The notes below the pieces were generated by a model. The model was not told where the DNA came from, did no database searches, and worked only from the letters and a program-made list of their open reading frames with translations. A stretch of 64,000 bases of DNA, from NCBI GenBank assembly GCA_963804645.1, contig CAWDRG010000017.1:160001-224000 (forward strand). Reading direction: 5' to 3'. The translations under genes were made by a program, and so were the position numbers. Of this stretch, positions 36,527-45,722 are shown piece after piece (position 1 is the first letter of the stretch; the number at the start of each line of letters is the position of its first letter). Source of the stretch: an uncultured Bacillota bacterium (lineage in GTDB: Bacteria > Sysuimicrobiota > Sysuimicrobiia > Sysuimicrobiales > Segetimicrobiaceae).

Positions 36527-37931
36527 CCGCGCCCTCCCGGGCGCGCGGCCGCTCCGCCGCGCGGCGCCGCAGGCGTACGACGAGCTCGTCCGCGACCTTC
36601 CAGATATCGCCCGCGCCGATCGTCAGCACGAGGTCGCCCGCCCGCACGTGCTCCTCGAGGATCGACGCGACGTCGCCGGCATCCTCGACGAACCGCACGG
36701 GGCGCCGCGCGCCGATCGCGCGCATCACGATGCCCGCGTCCACGCCCGGGATCGGCGGCTCGTCGGCACCGTAAATCTCGGTGACGATCACCTCGTCCGC
36801 GGAGCCGAACACCGTCCCGAACTGCTCCCCGACGGTGCGCGTGCGCGTGTACCGGTGGGGCTGGAACACCGCGATGATGCGGGCGTCGGGCCAGCACTGG
36901 CGCGCGCCCTGCAGCAGCGCGGCGACCTTCGTCGGGTTGTGCGCGTAGTCGTCGACGACGAGCACCCCCGAGACGTCCCCGCGCACCGTGAACCGGCGCT
37001 GCACCCCGCGGAACGCCCCGAGCGCCGCGGCGCATACGGCAAACGGAATGTCGAGCTCGACCCCGACCGCGATGGCCCCGAGCGCATTCTGCACGTTGTA
37101 GCGGCCCGGCACCCCGAGCGTGACCGTCCCGAGGAGCAGCCCCGCCCGGCGCACCTCGAACACCGACCGGCGCCCGGCCATCTCCACCACCCGCGCGGTG
37201 TACGTGGCCCCGGGCTCGAGACCGTAGGTCACGACCCGCGCCCGCGCGGCCTGGGCGAGCGTCCGCCCGAGCGGCGCGTCCGCGCAGATCACCGCGAACC
37301 CGTCCGACGGGAGCCCGTCGAGAAACATCCGGAACGTGTCGATCAGGCGCGCTTCCGATCCGTAGAAGTCGAGGTGATCGGTGGCATCGACGCTCGTGAC
37401 CACCGCGATGCGGGGCGAGATCCACAAGAGCGACCCGTCGCTCTCGTCGACTTCCGCGACCAGCTCCGGGCCGGCGCCCGCGCGGGCGTTGCCGCCGAAG
37501 TCCTCCACCTCGCCGCCGATCAGGACGGTCGGATCGCGCTCGGCCGCGTCGAGGATAATCGCCGTCATCGAGGTGGTCGTCGTCTTCCCGTGCGTGCCGG
37601 CGACGGCGACGCCGCGGGATCCCTCCATGAGGGCGGCCAGCATCTGGGCGCGGTGCATGATCGGGAGCCCGAGCGCGAGCGCCGCCTGAATCTCGACGTT
37701 CTCCTCGGGGACCGCGCGGCTGATGACGACGACCTGCACGCCGGCCAGGTGCTCCGCCGCGTGCCCGATCTGAATCCGCGCCCCCGCGGCCCGCAGTCGG
37801 CGCGTCGCGTCACTCTCGCGCAGGTCGGAGCCGGACACCGGGTAGCCGCGCGCGAGCAGCACCGAGGCGATCGCGCTCATGCCGGCGCCGCCGATCCCGA
37901 CGAAGTGCACGCGGGTGCCCGGCGCGATCAC
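36519..37931 (-). CDS. murC: UDP-N-acetylmuramate--L-alanine ligase
   Basis: HFVGIGGAGMS, GTHGKTTT, EVDESD, DDYAHNP, FQPHRYTRT. Confidence 0.97.
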   Translation of the reverse strand: MIAPGTRVHFVGIGGAGMSAIASVLLARGYPVSGSDLRESDATRRLRAAGARIQIGHAAEHLAGVQVVVISRAVPEENVEIQAALALGLPIMHRAQMLAALMEGSRGVAVAGTHGKTTTTSMTAIILDAAERDPTVLIGGEVEDFGGNARAGAGPELVAEVDESDGSLLWISPRIAVVTSVDATDHLDFYGSEARLIDTFRMFLDGLPSDGFAVICADAPLGRTLAQAARARVVTYGLEPGATYTARVVEMAGRRSVFEVRRAGLLLGTVTLGVPGRYNVQNALGAIAVGVELDIPFAVCAAALGAFRGVQRRFTVRGDVSGVLVVDDYAHNPTKVAALLQGARQCWPDARIIAVFQPHRYTRTRTVGEQFGTVFGSADEVIVTEIYGADEPPIPGVDAGIVMRAIGARRPVRFVEDAGDVASILEEHVRAGDLVLTIGAGDIWKVADELVVRLRRRAAERPRAREGAGG

Positions 37932-39049
37932 TCGGACGCCTCCGCCGCGATCTCGGGCCGCGCCACGCTCTCGACGAGCGCGAGCACGCGGTCCGCGGCG
38001 TCGCGCTGTCCGAGCCCGCGCGCGCGCGCCGCCATTTCCTCGAGCCGGCCCGGCCGGTCGAGCAGCGAGGCGACCGCCCGCGCGAGCGACTCGCCGTCGA
38101 GGCCGGACTCCGGCAGCAGCACGGCGGCGTTCGCCGCCACGAGCGGCTTGGCGTTCCACGCCTGGTGATCTTCGACGGCGTACCGGTAGGGCACGAGGAT
38201 CGAGGGCAGGCCGACGGCCGTGATCTCCGCGAGCGATGTGGCGCCGCACCGGCTGAGGACGAGATCCGCGCACGCGTACGCATCGCCGATGTGATGGACG
38301 TACGACGCGCGGACGTACAGCACGCCGCCCACCTGGCGGCGCTCGTCGCGGCCCCGGGCCACCGACCACCCGCCGCCCACCACGTGCAGGACTTGAAGAT
38401 CCTGCCGCCGCGCAAGGCGTGCGACGGCGTCCTCGACCGCGGCGTTCAGGCGCGCCGCGCCCTGGCTGCCGCCGAGCACGAGCAGTGTGCGCCGGGCGGG
38501 ATCCAGGCCGAACACGTCGAGGCCGTCCCGCCGCGGGGTCGAGTAGATCTCCTCGCGGACCGGCAGCCCCGTCACCACCACATCGCGGGCCCCGGTGTAG
38601 GGGGCGGTGCCTCCCCGCGCGACCGCCATCGCGCGGCTCCAGCGGGCGAGCACGCGGCTGACGCGTCCCGGCAGCATGTTGCCCTCGATCACCACCACCG
38701 GCACGCGGAGCGCCACGCCGGCGGCGACCACCGGGATCGACGCGATCCCGCCGGTGGCGACGATCGCGCTCGGCCGGAACCGCCGGAGGATCGGGAGGGC
38801 CTGCGCGACGCTGGCCGCGGCCGTCGCCACCGCGATCGCCGCACGGATCGGCGACCGGTCGCGGGGCGCGCGGACCACGAGCCCGACGAACGGCATGCCG
38901 GATTCGGGCACCAAGCGGGCTTCCATCCCGGTGGCGCTGCCCGCGAACAGCACGCGCGACTCGGGGTCCCGGCGCTTCAGGCACTCGGCGATCGCCAGCG
39001 CGGGGTACACGTGGCCGCCGGTCCCGCCCCCTCCGAACAGCAGGTTCAT
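37928..39049 (-). CDS. murG: Lipid II GlcNAc transferase MurG
   Basis: GGGTGGHVYPA, GLPVR, GGSQGA, RCGATSLAE, DHQAWNA. Confidence 0.96.
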   Translation of the reverse strand: MNLLFGGGGTGGHVYPALAIAECLKRRDPESRVLFAGSATGMEARLVPESGMPFVGLVVRAPRDRSPIRAAIAVATAAASVAQALPILRRFRPSAIVATGGIASIPVVAAGVALRVPVVVIEGNMLPGRVSRVLARWSRAMAVARGGTAPYTGARDVVVTGLPVREEIYSTPRRDGLDVFGLDPARRTLLVLGGSQGAARLNAAVEDAVARLARRQDLQVLHVVGGGWSVARGRDERRQVGGVLYVRASYVHHIGDAYACADLVLSRCGATSLAEITAVGLPSILVPYRYAVEDHQAWNAKPLVAANAAVLLPESGLDGESLARAVASLLDRPGRLEEMAARARGLGQRDAADRVLALVESVARPEIAAEASE

Positions 39050-40224
39050 CCGCCCGCCCACGCGGACCGGCGCCGCGGCCCGCCCGGCCGGGCTGGGGCG
39101 CGGGCCACGGCGGGCTCCTCCTCGTAGGCGTACTGCGACACGTTCAGGATGATGCCGACCGCGATGTAGCTCAGCACCAGCGACGAGCCGCCGAAGCTGA
39201 TGAACGGCAGCGGGACCCCCGTGATCGGGAGCGACCCCGAGACGACGCCGATGTTCAGCACCGCCTGCCCCACGAGCATCGTCGTCAAGCCCGAGACGAG
39301 CAGCGCGGCGTAGCGGTTGGGAGCGCGGGAGGCGATCCGGTAGCCCCACACCGCCAGCAGCAGGAACAGCAGAATCACAAACGCGGTCCCGAGCAGGCCG
39401 AGCTCCTCTCCGATGATCGAGAAGATGAAATCGGTGTGGCGCTCGGGCAGGTAGAAGAACTTCTGCCGGCTGTGGCCCAGCCCGAGGCCGAGGATCCCGC
39501 CCGAGCCGAGGGCCAGCAGCGACTGGATGATGTGGAACCCCGTCCCCTGCGGATCCTTCCAGGGATCGAGGAACGCGAGGAGCCGGTGCGCGCGGTACCC
39601 GGCGTGCAGAATGGTCAGCAGCACGACCGGCACGGCGGCCGCGCCCATCAGGAACAGGTGCAACAGGTTCACGCCTCCGACGAACAGCAGCGCGAACGTG
39701 ATGAGCGCCAGGATCAGCGCCGAGCCGAGATCCGGCTGCTTGACCACGGGGAGCGCGAACAGCGCGAGCACGATCAGCGGCGGCACGACGCCCGCGCCGA
39801 ACTCCCGCACGCGCGGCCCCCGGTTGGCGAGGAAGTTCGCGAGATACAGGATCATCGTGAGCTTGGCCAGCTCGGCCGGCTGAAAGTTCAAGGGTCCGCC
39901 GAACGACAGCCAGCGGCGCGCCCCGCCCGCCTCCCGGCCGATGTGCGGGACGAGCACCAGGACGAGTGTCAGCAGCGTCAGGCCGAGCAGCGGCAGCGTC
40001 AGCGCGCGCAGCTTGTCGTAGTGGAGCCGCCACGCCACCGACATCGCGACGAGCCCGAGGACCGTGTACAGGAGCTGGCGCTTGAGGAACCAGGCGCTGT
40101 CGTGGTACTGCGCCTGCGCGACCACCGCGCTCGCGCTGTACACCATGACGACGCCGACGCAGCTCAGGAGCAGCACCGTCACAAACAGGCCCCACGCCGG
40201 GCCGCGCCGGTGGATCAGCTCCAC
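39046..40224 (-). CDS. ftsW: Peptidoglycan glycosyltransferase FtsW
   Basis: MVYSAS, GARRW, FQPAELAK, QPDLGS, YLPERHTDFIF, GVPLPFISFGGSS. Confidence 0.97.
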   Translation of the reverse strand: MELIHRRGPAWGLFVTVLLLSCVGVVMVYSASAVVAQAQYHDSAWFLKRQLLYTVLGLVAMSVAWRLHYDKLRALTLPLLGLTLLTLVLVLVPHIGREAGGARRWLSFGGPLNFQPAELAKLTMILYLANFLANRGPRVREFGAGVVPPLIVLALFALPVVKQPDLGSALILALITFALLFVGGVNLLHLFLMGAAAVPVVLLTILHAGYRAHRLLAFLDPWKDPQGTGFHIIQSLLALGSGGILGLGLGHSRQKFFYLPERHTDFIFSIIGEELGLLGTAFVILLFLLLAVWGYRIASRAPNRYAALLVSGLTTMLVGQAVLNIGVVSGSLPITGVPLPFISFGGSSLVLSYIAVGIILNVSQYAYEEEPAVARAPARPGGPRRRSAWAGG

Positions 40225-41723
40225 GGCCGGTCGCCTCCGGATCGCGGGCCCACGGGGTCCTGCGGCGCCGGGCCGTCGGCGAGCGCCTGCACGAGCTCGC
40301 AGAACCGGTCGCCCCGGTGCCGGTAGTCGCGGAACTGGTCGAAGCTCTCGCACCCCGGCGAGAGGGTGACCACGTCCCCGGACCGGGCGCGCTCGCGCGC
40401 CGCGGCGACCGCGTCGTCGAGCGTCGCGCGCCGCACGACCGGGATGTCGCCGCCCCAGGCATGGATCGCGTCCTCGATGCGCTCCGCCATCGTGCCGAAC
40501 ACGACGACCGCGCGCACGGCCCGGCCGCGCAGCGCGTCGGCGATCGGGCGGAAGTCTTCCGCGGTAGCTCCGGGCCGGTGTCCGCCGGCGAGCAGCACCA
40601 GCGGCCGGTCGAACGCGCGCACCGCGGCTGCAGCGGCCGCCGGGTTGGTCGCGAGGGAGTCCTCATAGTAGCGCACGCCGGCGGCCTCGCCGACGAGCCG
40701 GAGGCGGTACGGCAGCCCGCGGTACCGCCGCAGCACCGCGGCGATCGCGGACGGCGCCGCGCCGGCCACGCGGGCGGCGAGCGCCGCGGCGAGCGCGTTC
40801 TCGAGGGCGTGGGCCCCCGGGGCCTGCAGCGCCGCCTCGCAGATGCGCTCCTCGCGCCCGTCGAGGCGGAGGGTGATGTCGCCGTCCACGACGCACGCGC
40901 CCTCATCCAGCGGCTCGAGCCGGCTCCAGAACAGCGTGCGGGCGGGCGCGTCCGCCGCGAGCGCCCGCGTCCCGGGATCGTCGTAGTTGAGGAGGGCCAG
41001 CTGATCCGGCGTCTGGTGGCGGAGAATGCCGCGCTTCGTCTCCACGTACGCCTCGAACGACCCGTGATCGTCGAGGTGGTGCCGGGCGAGGTTGGTGACG
41101 ACCGCGATCGCCGGGCTGTACGGGAGGCCCACGAGCTGCCGGTTGCTGATCTCGAGGACCAGGATCGCGTCCGGGGTCACCTCGTCGAGCCGGTACAGGA
41201 TCGGCACGTGCGTGCGGTCGTTGCCGCTCTCAAACGTGCGCCGGCCGCTCTCCTTGAGCATCGCGCCGGCGAGGTGCACCACGGTGAACTTCCCGTTGGT
41301 TCCGGTGACGCCGAGAATGGGACACGGCACGGTCTCGAAAAACAGCGCGGTCATGCTGCTGAGGGGTACGCCCAGGTCCCGGGCGCGACGGATCGGCGCG
41401 TTCTCCGGATGGCGGAACCACGCCTGGGTCGTGTAGATCACCTCGGCGGCCTCGATCCCCTCGAGGTAGCGGTCGCGGAACCGCAGCGCGATCGGCGCCG
41501 CGAGCAGCCGGGCGAGCGCCGCGTCCCGCTCCTCGGGCGCCATCCACGCGTGCGCGCGGCGAAACGCGTCCGGAAACGTCTCGCGGGTCTGCAGATCGTG
41601 GGCCGTGATCGCCGTGAGGCCCGCGCGCAGCAAGAAGTCCACGATGGTCGACCCCTCCGTGCCCGACAGCCCGACGACGTGGATCGCCCGGCCGCGGAGA
41701 CGCCGCAGGACGTCCGCGATCAC
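40215..41723 (-). CDS. murD: UDP-MurNAc-L-Ala--glutamate ligase, divergent motifs
   Basis: Position between mraY and ftsW; VTGTNGK, HLDDHG, DSLATN, LSPGCESFDQF. Confidence 0.88.
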   Translation of the reverse strand: MIADVLRRLRGRAIHVVGLSGTEGSTIVDFLLRAGLTAITAHDLQTRETFPDAFRRAHAWMAPEERDAALARLLAAPIALRFRDRYLEGIEAAEVIYTTQAWFRHPENAPIRRARDLGVPLSSMTALFFETVPCPILGVTGTNGKFTVVHLAGAMLKESGRRTFESGNDRTHVPILYRLDEVTPDAILVLEISNRQLVGLPYSPAIAVVTNLARHHLDDHGSFEAYVETKRGILRHQTPDQLALLNYDDPGTRALAADAPARTLFWSRLEPLDEGACVVDGDITLRLDGREERICEAALQAPGAHALENALAAALAARVAGAAPSAIAAVLRRYRGLPYRLRLVGEAAGVRYYEDSLATNPAAAAAAVRAFDRPLVLLAGGHRPGATAEDFRPIADALRGRAVRAVVVFGTMAERIEDAIHAWGGDIPVVRRATLDDAVAAARERARSGDVVTLSPGCESFDQFRDYRHRGDRFCELVQALADGPAPQDPVGPRSGGDRPWS

Positions 41724-42694
41724 AGGCCGAGCCTCACGCCGACGGCCGCGAGCAGCGCCCCGCAGACCCAAAACCGCACCACGGTCTGCGTCTCGCTCCA
41801 GCCGGCAAGCTCGAAGTGGTGGTGCAGCGGGCTCATGCGGAACAGGCGGCGGCCGCCCGTCAGCTTGAACCAGGCGACCTGCAGCATGACGGAGAGGGCC
41901 TCGGCGACGAACAGCCCGCCGAGGATGAGCATGAGCACCTCGAGCTTGGCGAGGATGCCGGCCACCGCGAGCGCCGCGCCGAGCCCGAGCGAGCCGACGT
42001 CTCCCATAAACACCTGCGCGGGATGGGCGTTGTACCACAGAAAGCCGAACGAGGCGCCGGCCACGGCCGCCGCGACGATCCCCGACGGCAGCGCTCCGCT
42101 GAACGCCGCGATCACCGCGAGCGCACCCGCGGCGATCGCGGTGCCGCCGGCGGCGAGACCGTCCAAACCGTCGGTCAGGTTCACCGCGTTGGCCATCCCG
42201 ACCACGAGCACGGCGCAGAACGCCGGATAGCCCCATCCGAGATCGACCCGCCACGCCGTGGCGGGAATGTCGACCACGGTGCCGAGGCCGGGCGTGAGCG
42301 CCACGTACACGCCGAGCGCGAGGGCCACGGGAATCTGCAGCGCGAACTTCTCCCGGGCCCGGAGCCCGAGATTCCGGCCTCGCGTGATGCCGAGCCGGTC
42401 GTCGAGCGCGCCGATCGCCGCGAAGATCGCGATCACGCCGAGGGCCACCGCGAGCGCGCGCGGCGGGCGTCCGAGCACCGCGGCGACGCCGAGCGCGGCG
42501 GCGAGGGCCGCGCCGATGATCAAGAGGCCCCCCATCGTCGGCGTGCCGGCTTTCGCCGCGTGGCGGCTCGGCGCGTCCTCGCGCACGGTCTGTCCCACGC
42601 CGGCGCGCTGCAGGGCCTCGACCACCGGTGCGCCGGCGGCGAGCACGAGGACGGCCGCGAAGCTCCACGCGGCCACCAGCGGTATCAGGTCCAT
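41720..42694 (-). CDS. mraY: Phospho-MurNAc-pentapeptide transferase
   Basis: KAGTPTMGG, NAVNLTDGLDGLA, FMGDVGS, PLHHHFE. Confidence 0.97.
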   Translation of the reverse strand: MDLIPLVAAWSFAAVLVLAAGAPVVEALQRAGVGQTVREDAPSRHAAKAGTPTMGGLLIIGAALAAALGVAAVLGRPPRALAVALGVIAIFAAIGALDDRLGITRGRNLGLRAREKFALQIPVALALGVYVALTPGLGTVVDIPATAWRVDLGWGYPAFCAVLVVGMANAVNLTDGLDGLAAGGTAIAAGALAVIAAFSGALPSGIVAAAVAGASFGFLWYNAHPAQVFMGDVGSLGLGAALAVAGILAKLEVLMLILGGLFVAEALSVMLQVAWFKLTGGRRLFRMSPLHHHFELAGWSETQTVVRFWVCGALLAAVGVRLGL

Positions 42695-44127
42695 GCGAGG
42701 CCCCGATCGGACCGCTCGGACGGCACGCCGGCGGCGAGCCCGGCGACGATCCGCTCCATCTCCATCGCCCGCGATCCCTTGACCAGCACCACCGCGCCCG
42801 CGCGCAGCTCGGGCCGCAGCAGCCCGAGCGCCTCGTCCGGGTCCGCGGCGTGTACGACCCGGACCCCGCCGGCCTCGCGCGCGGACCGGGCGAGCTCCTC
42901 CGCGAGCGGGCCGCACGCGATGAGCAGATCGAGCCCGCGCGCCGCGGCCAGACGCCCCACGCGGCGGTGGGCGTCCGCGGATCCCGCGCCCAGCTCGCGC
43001 ATGTCGCCGAGCACGGCGATGCGCGGCGTGCCCGCCAGCTCATCCATCGCATCGAAGGCCGCCTCGACCGACTGCGGGCTGCTGTTGTACGCGTCGTCCA
43101 GGAGCGTGATGCCGGCGAGGCGCCGCACGGCGAGGCGCATCGGCAGCGGGGGCACGCTCCCGAGCCCTTCCACGATCTCTCCCACCGGCACCCCGAGCGC
43201 CCAGCCGATCGCCGCGGCCGCGAGGGCGTTGATCACGGCGTGGCGCCCGAGCTGCCCGAGCGACACCTCGCCGGAGCCCGCCGGGGTCCGGAGGCGAAAC
43301 ACGCGGCCGCCGCCCGGCACCGCGCGGATATCGTCCGCGGTGACATCCCCGCCGCCGAGCCCGAACGTCACGACGCGGGCCGGACCGCGGCCGCGCATCG
43401 CGAGGACGAGCGGATCGTCCGCGTTCAGGATCGCCGTCGCCTCGCGCGCCAGCCCCTCGATCAGCTCGCCCTTCGCCCGGGCCAGTGCCTCCCGGCTTTC
43501 GAAAAAGTCGAGGTGCGACTCGCCGACGTTGGTGACCACGCCGATATCGGGACGGCAGATCTCGACGAGCTCGCGGATCTGTCCCGGACCCCGCATCGCC
43601 AGCTCCACGATCGCGACCTCGGTGTCTCGGGGCAGGTTCGCCAGCACGAGCGGGATCCCGATCTCGGTGTTCCAGTTCTGGGGCGACCGCGCGGTCCGGA
43701 ACGCGCGCCCCGCCACGGCCGCGGCCAGCTCCTTGGTGGACGTCTTGCCGACGCTGCCGGTGATGCCCACGACCCGGACCGGCTGCCGGTCGCGCAGCGC
43801 CCGTCCGATGCGCTGCAGGGCGCGCAGCGTGTCCGCGACGCGGATCACCGCCGCGTCCGGCGGCACGCCGGAGACGTCGCGCGAGACCACCACGGCCGCG
43901 GCCCCCCGGCGGCACGCGTCCGCGGCGAACTGATGGCCGTCGGTCTGCGTCCCGGCCAGCGCCACGAACAGCATCCCGGGAGCGACCGCGCGGCTGTCGA
44001 TCGCGGTCCCGCGCACGAGCGACGCCGGATTGCCCTCGACGAGCACGCCGCCCGCGAGGGCCGCGACCTCCTGCACCGTGACCGCGACGGGCTCGGACCC
44101 GGACGGCGCCGGCCCGGAGACGATCAC
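42685..44127 (-). CDS. murF: UDP-MurNAc-tripeptide--D-Ala-D-Ala ligase
   Basis: DSR, GITGSVGKTSTKE, NTEIGIP, DDAYNSSP, GDMRELG, LVKGSR. Confidence 0.96.
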   Translation of the reverse strand: MIVSGPAPSGSEPVAVTVQEVAALAGGVLVEGNPASLVRGTAIDSRAVAPGMLFVALAGTQTDGHQFAADACRRGAAAVVVSRDVSGVPPDAAVIRVADTLRALQRIGRALRDRQPVRVVGITGSVGKTSTKELAAAVAGRAFRTARSPQNWNTEIGIPLVLANLPRDTEVAIVELAMRGPGQIRELVEICRPDIGVVTNVGESHLDFFESREALARAKGELIEGLAREATAILNADDPLVLAMRGRGPARVVTFGLGGGDVTADDIRAVPGGGRVFRLRTPAGSGEVSLGQLGRHAVINALAAAAIGWALGVPVGEIVEGLGSVPPLPMRLAVRRLAGITLLDDAYNSSPQSVEAAFDAMDELAGTPRIAVLGDMRELGAGSADAHRRVGRLAAARGLDLLIACGPLAEELARSAREAGGVRVVHAADPDEALGLLRPELRAGAVVLVKGSRAMEMERIVAGLAAGVPSERSDRGLAWT

Positions 44128-45620
44128 GCGATCTCCTTCGCGCCGCGCCGCTGCGCCCGCAGCACCTCGCGCGCGACCTCGCGGTCGTCGAACGCGATCG
44201 TACGGTCTCGAAGGATCTGGTACGGTTCGTGCCCCTTGCCGGCGATCACCACGACGTCCCCGGGCCGGGCGAGGGCGAGCGCCCGCACGATCGCGCGGCG
44301 CCGGTCCGGCTCGGTCTCGAAGTTGCTCCGCGCGGACGCGCCGGCCTCGATCTCGCGGAGGATCGCCTCGGGCTCCTCGCTCCGCGGATTGTCGGAGGTG
44401 AACACGGCATGGTCCGCAAGCTCCACCCCGAGGCGCCCCATGATCGGCCGCTTCGTCCGGTCGCGATCGCCGCCGCAGCCGAACACGGCGAGGACGCGCG
44501 CCGTGGACACTTCGCGCGCCAGCCGGAGCACCTTCTCGAGCCCGTCGGGCGTGTGCGCATAGTCCACGAGCACCGCGAACGGCTGGCCCTCGTCGATGAG
44601 CTCGCACCGCCCGGGCACGCCGGGGGCCGCGGCCAGCGCCGCGCACACAAGGTCCGGCGTGATCCCGCGGGCCAGCGCGACCGCCGCGGCGGCCAGCGCG
44701 TTGGACAAATTGAACCGACCCGGCAGCGGCAGCGCGAGCGGCGTACGGCCCGCCGGGGAAGCAAGGACGCACCGCGTCCCCCGCGGCCCGAACTCCGTCC
44801 CCTCCGCCCGGACGTCCGCCGGGGCGTCGATCCCGTACGTCCACACCGGCGCCCGGCTGTGCCGGGCGATCTCCGCGCTGCTCGGATCGTCAGCGTTGAC
44901 GACGGCCACCCCGTCCGGGGACACCCGCGCAAAGAGCCGCGCCTTGGCCGCGCGGTACGTCGCGAGATCACCGTGGAAATCCAGGTGGTCCTGCGTCAGG
45001 TTCGTGAAGACGGCCGCCGCAAATCGGCACGCGTCGACGCGGTGCAGCGCGAGCGCGTGCGAGGTGACTTCCATGACAACGTCGCGCGCGCCCCCGGCCA
45101 GCATCTCGGCGAGCAGGCGCTGCACGTCGGGCGACTCCGGCGTTGTCGACGTGGTCGACTCGAACGCGACCGCGGCGCCGTCGAGTCGAACGCCGAGCGT
45201 GCCGATCAGACCCGGACGGCCGCCGGCGCGCGCGAGGATCCCCTCGAGCAGATGCGTGGTGGTGGTCTTGCCGTTGGTGCCGGTGACGCCGCACACCCAC
45301 AGGGACGCCGACGGATCGCCATAGAACGCCGCGGCGATCGGCGCGAGCGCGCGCCGCGTGTCGGCCACGACGATCTGCGCCGCGGCCAGCTCCGGCAGCG
45401 CGTGATCGACCAGCAGCGCCGCGGCCCCGCGGCGCACCGCGTCGGCCGCGTATCGATGTCCGTCCTGGGCGTAGCCGCGGATCGCCGCGAACAAATCGCC
45501 GGGCCGTACGTGCGCCGAATGATAGGTGAGCCCTGTCACGTCGCGATCCGGGGCACCCACCAACGACGGTGCACCCACCCCGGACGCCGGGAGCACCGCC
45601 AGCAGGTCCGCTACCCGCAT
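44124..45620 (-). CDS. murE: UDP-MurNAc-dipeptide--diamino acid ligase (DNPR, DAP-type motif)
   Basis: GTNGKTT, TTPE, NLTQDHLDFH, VDYAHTPD, GCGGDRD, SDNPR, AGKGHE. Confidence 0.97.
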   Translation of the reverse strand: MRVADLLAVLPASGVGAPSLVGAPDRDVTGLTYHSAHVRPGDLFAAIRGYAQDGHRYAADAVRRGAAALLVDHALPELAAAQIVVADTRRALAPIAAAFYGDPSASLWVCGVTGTNGKTTTTHLLEGILARAGGRPGLIGTLGVRLDGAAVAFESTTSTTPESPDVQRLLAEMLAGGARDVVMEVTSHALALHRVDACRFAAAVFTNLTQDHLDFHGDLATYRAAKARLFARVSPDGVAVVNADDPSSAEIARHSRAPVWTYGIDAPADVRAEGTEFGPRGTRCVLASPAGRTPLALPLPGRFNLSNALAAAAVALARGITPDLVCAALAAAPGVPGRCELIDEGQPFAVLVDYAHTPDGLEKVLRLAREVSTARVLAVFGCGGDRDRTKRPIMGRLGVELADHAVFTSDNPRSEEPEAILREIEAGASARSNFETEPDRRRAIVRALALARPGDVVVIAGKGHEPYQILRDRTIAFDDREVAREVLRAQRRGAKEIA

Positions 45621-45680
45621 GCACTCGCCTCCGACCGGGGCCCCGAGTCAGACGCAGACCGACCCGACTGCCCGAATTCC

Positions 45681-45689
45681 ACTATAGCA
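45681..45689 (-). promoter_or_regulatory. Internal extended -10 promoter upstream of murE
   Basis: TG-C-TATAGT in the 100-nt ftsI-murE gap. Confidence 0.5.
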
Positions 45690-45722
45690 GGCGCGCGGAC
45701 GGCCCGATAGCGCGCGGGCACG

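Noticed and set aside
36519..44844. Apparent giant fusion ORFs for murC, murG, murD and murF
   Set aside because: The N-terminal extensions are off-frame reads through upstream genes; true starts sit at NTGA overlaps.
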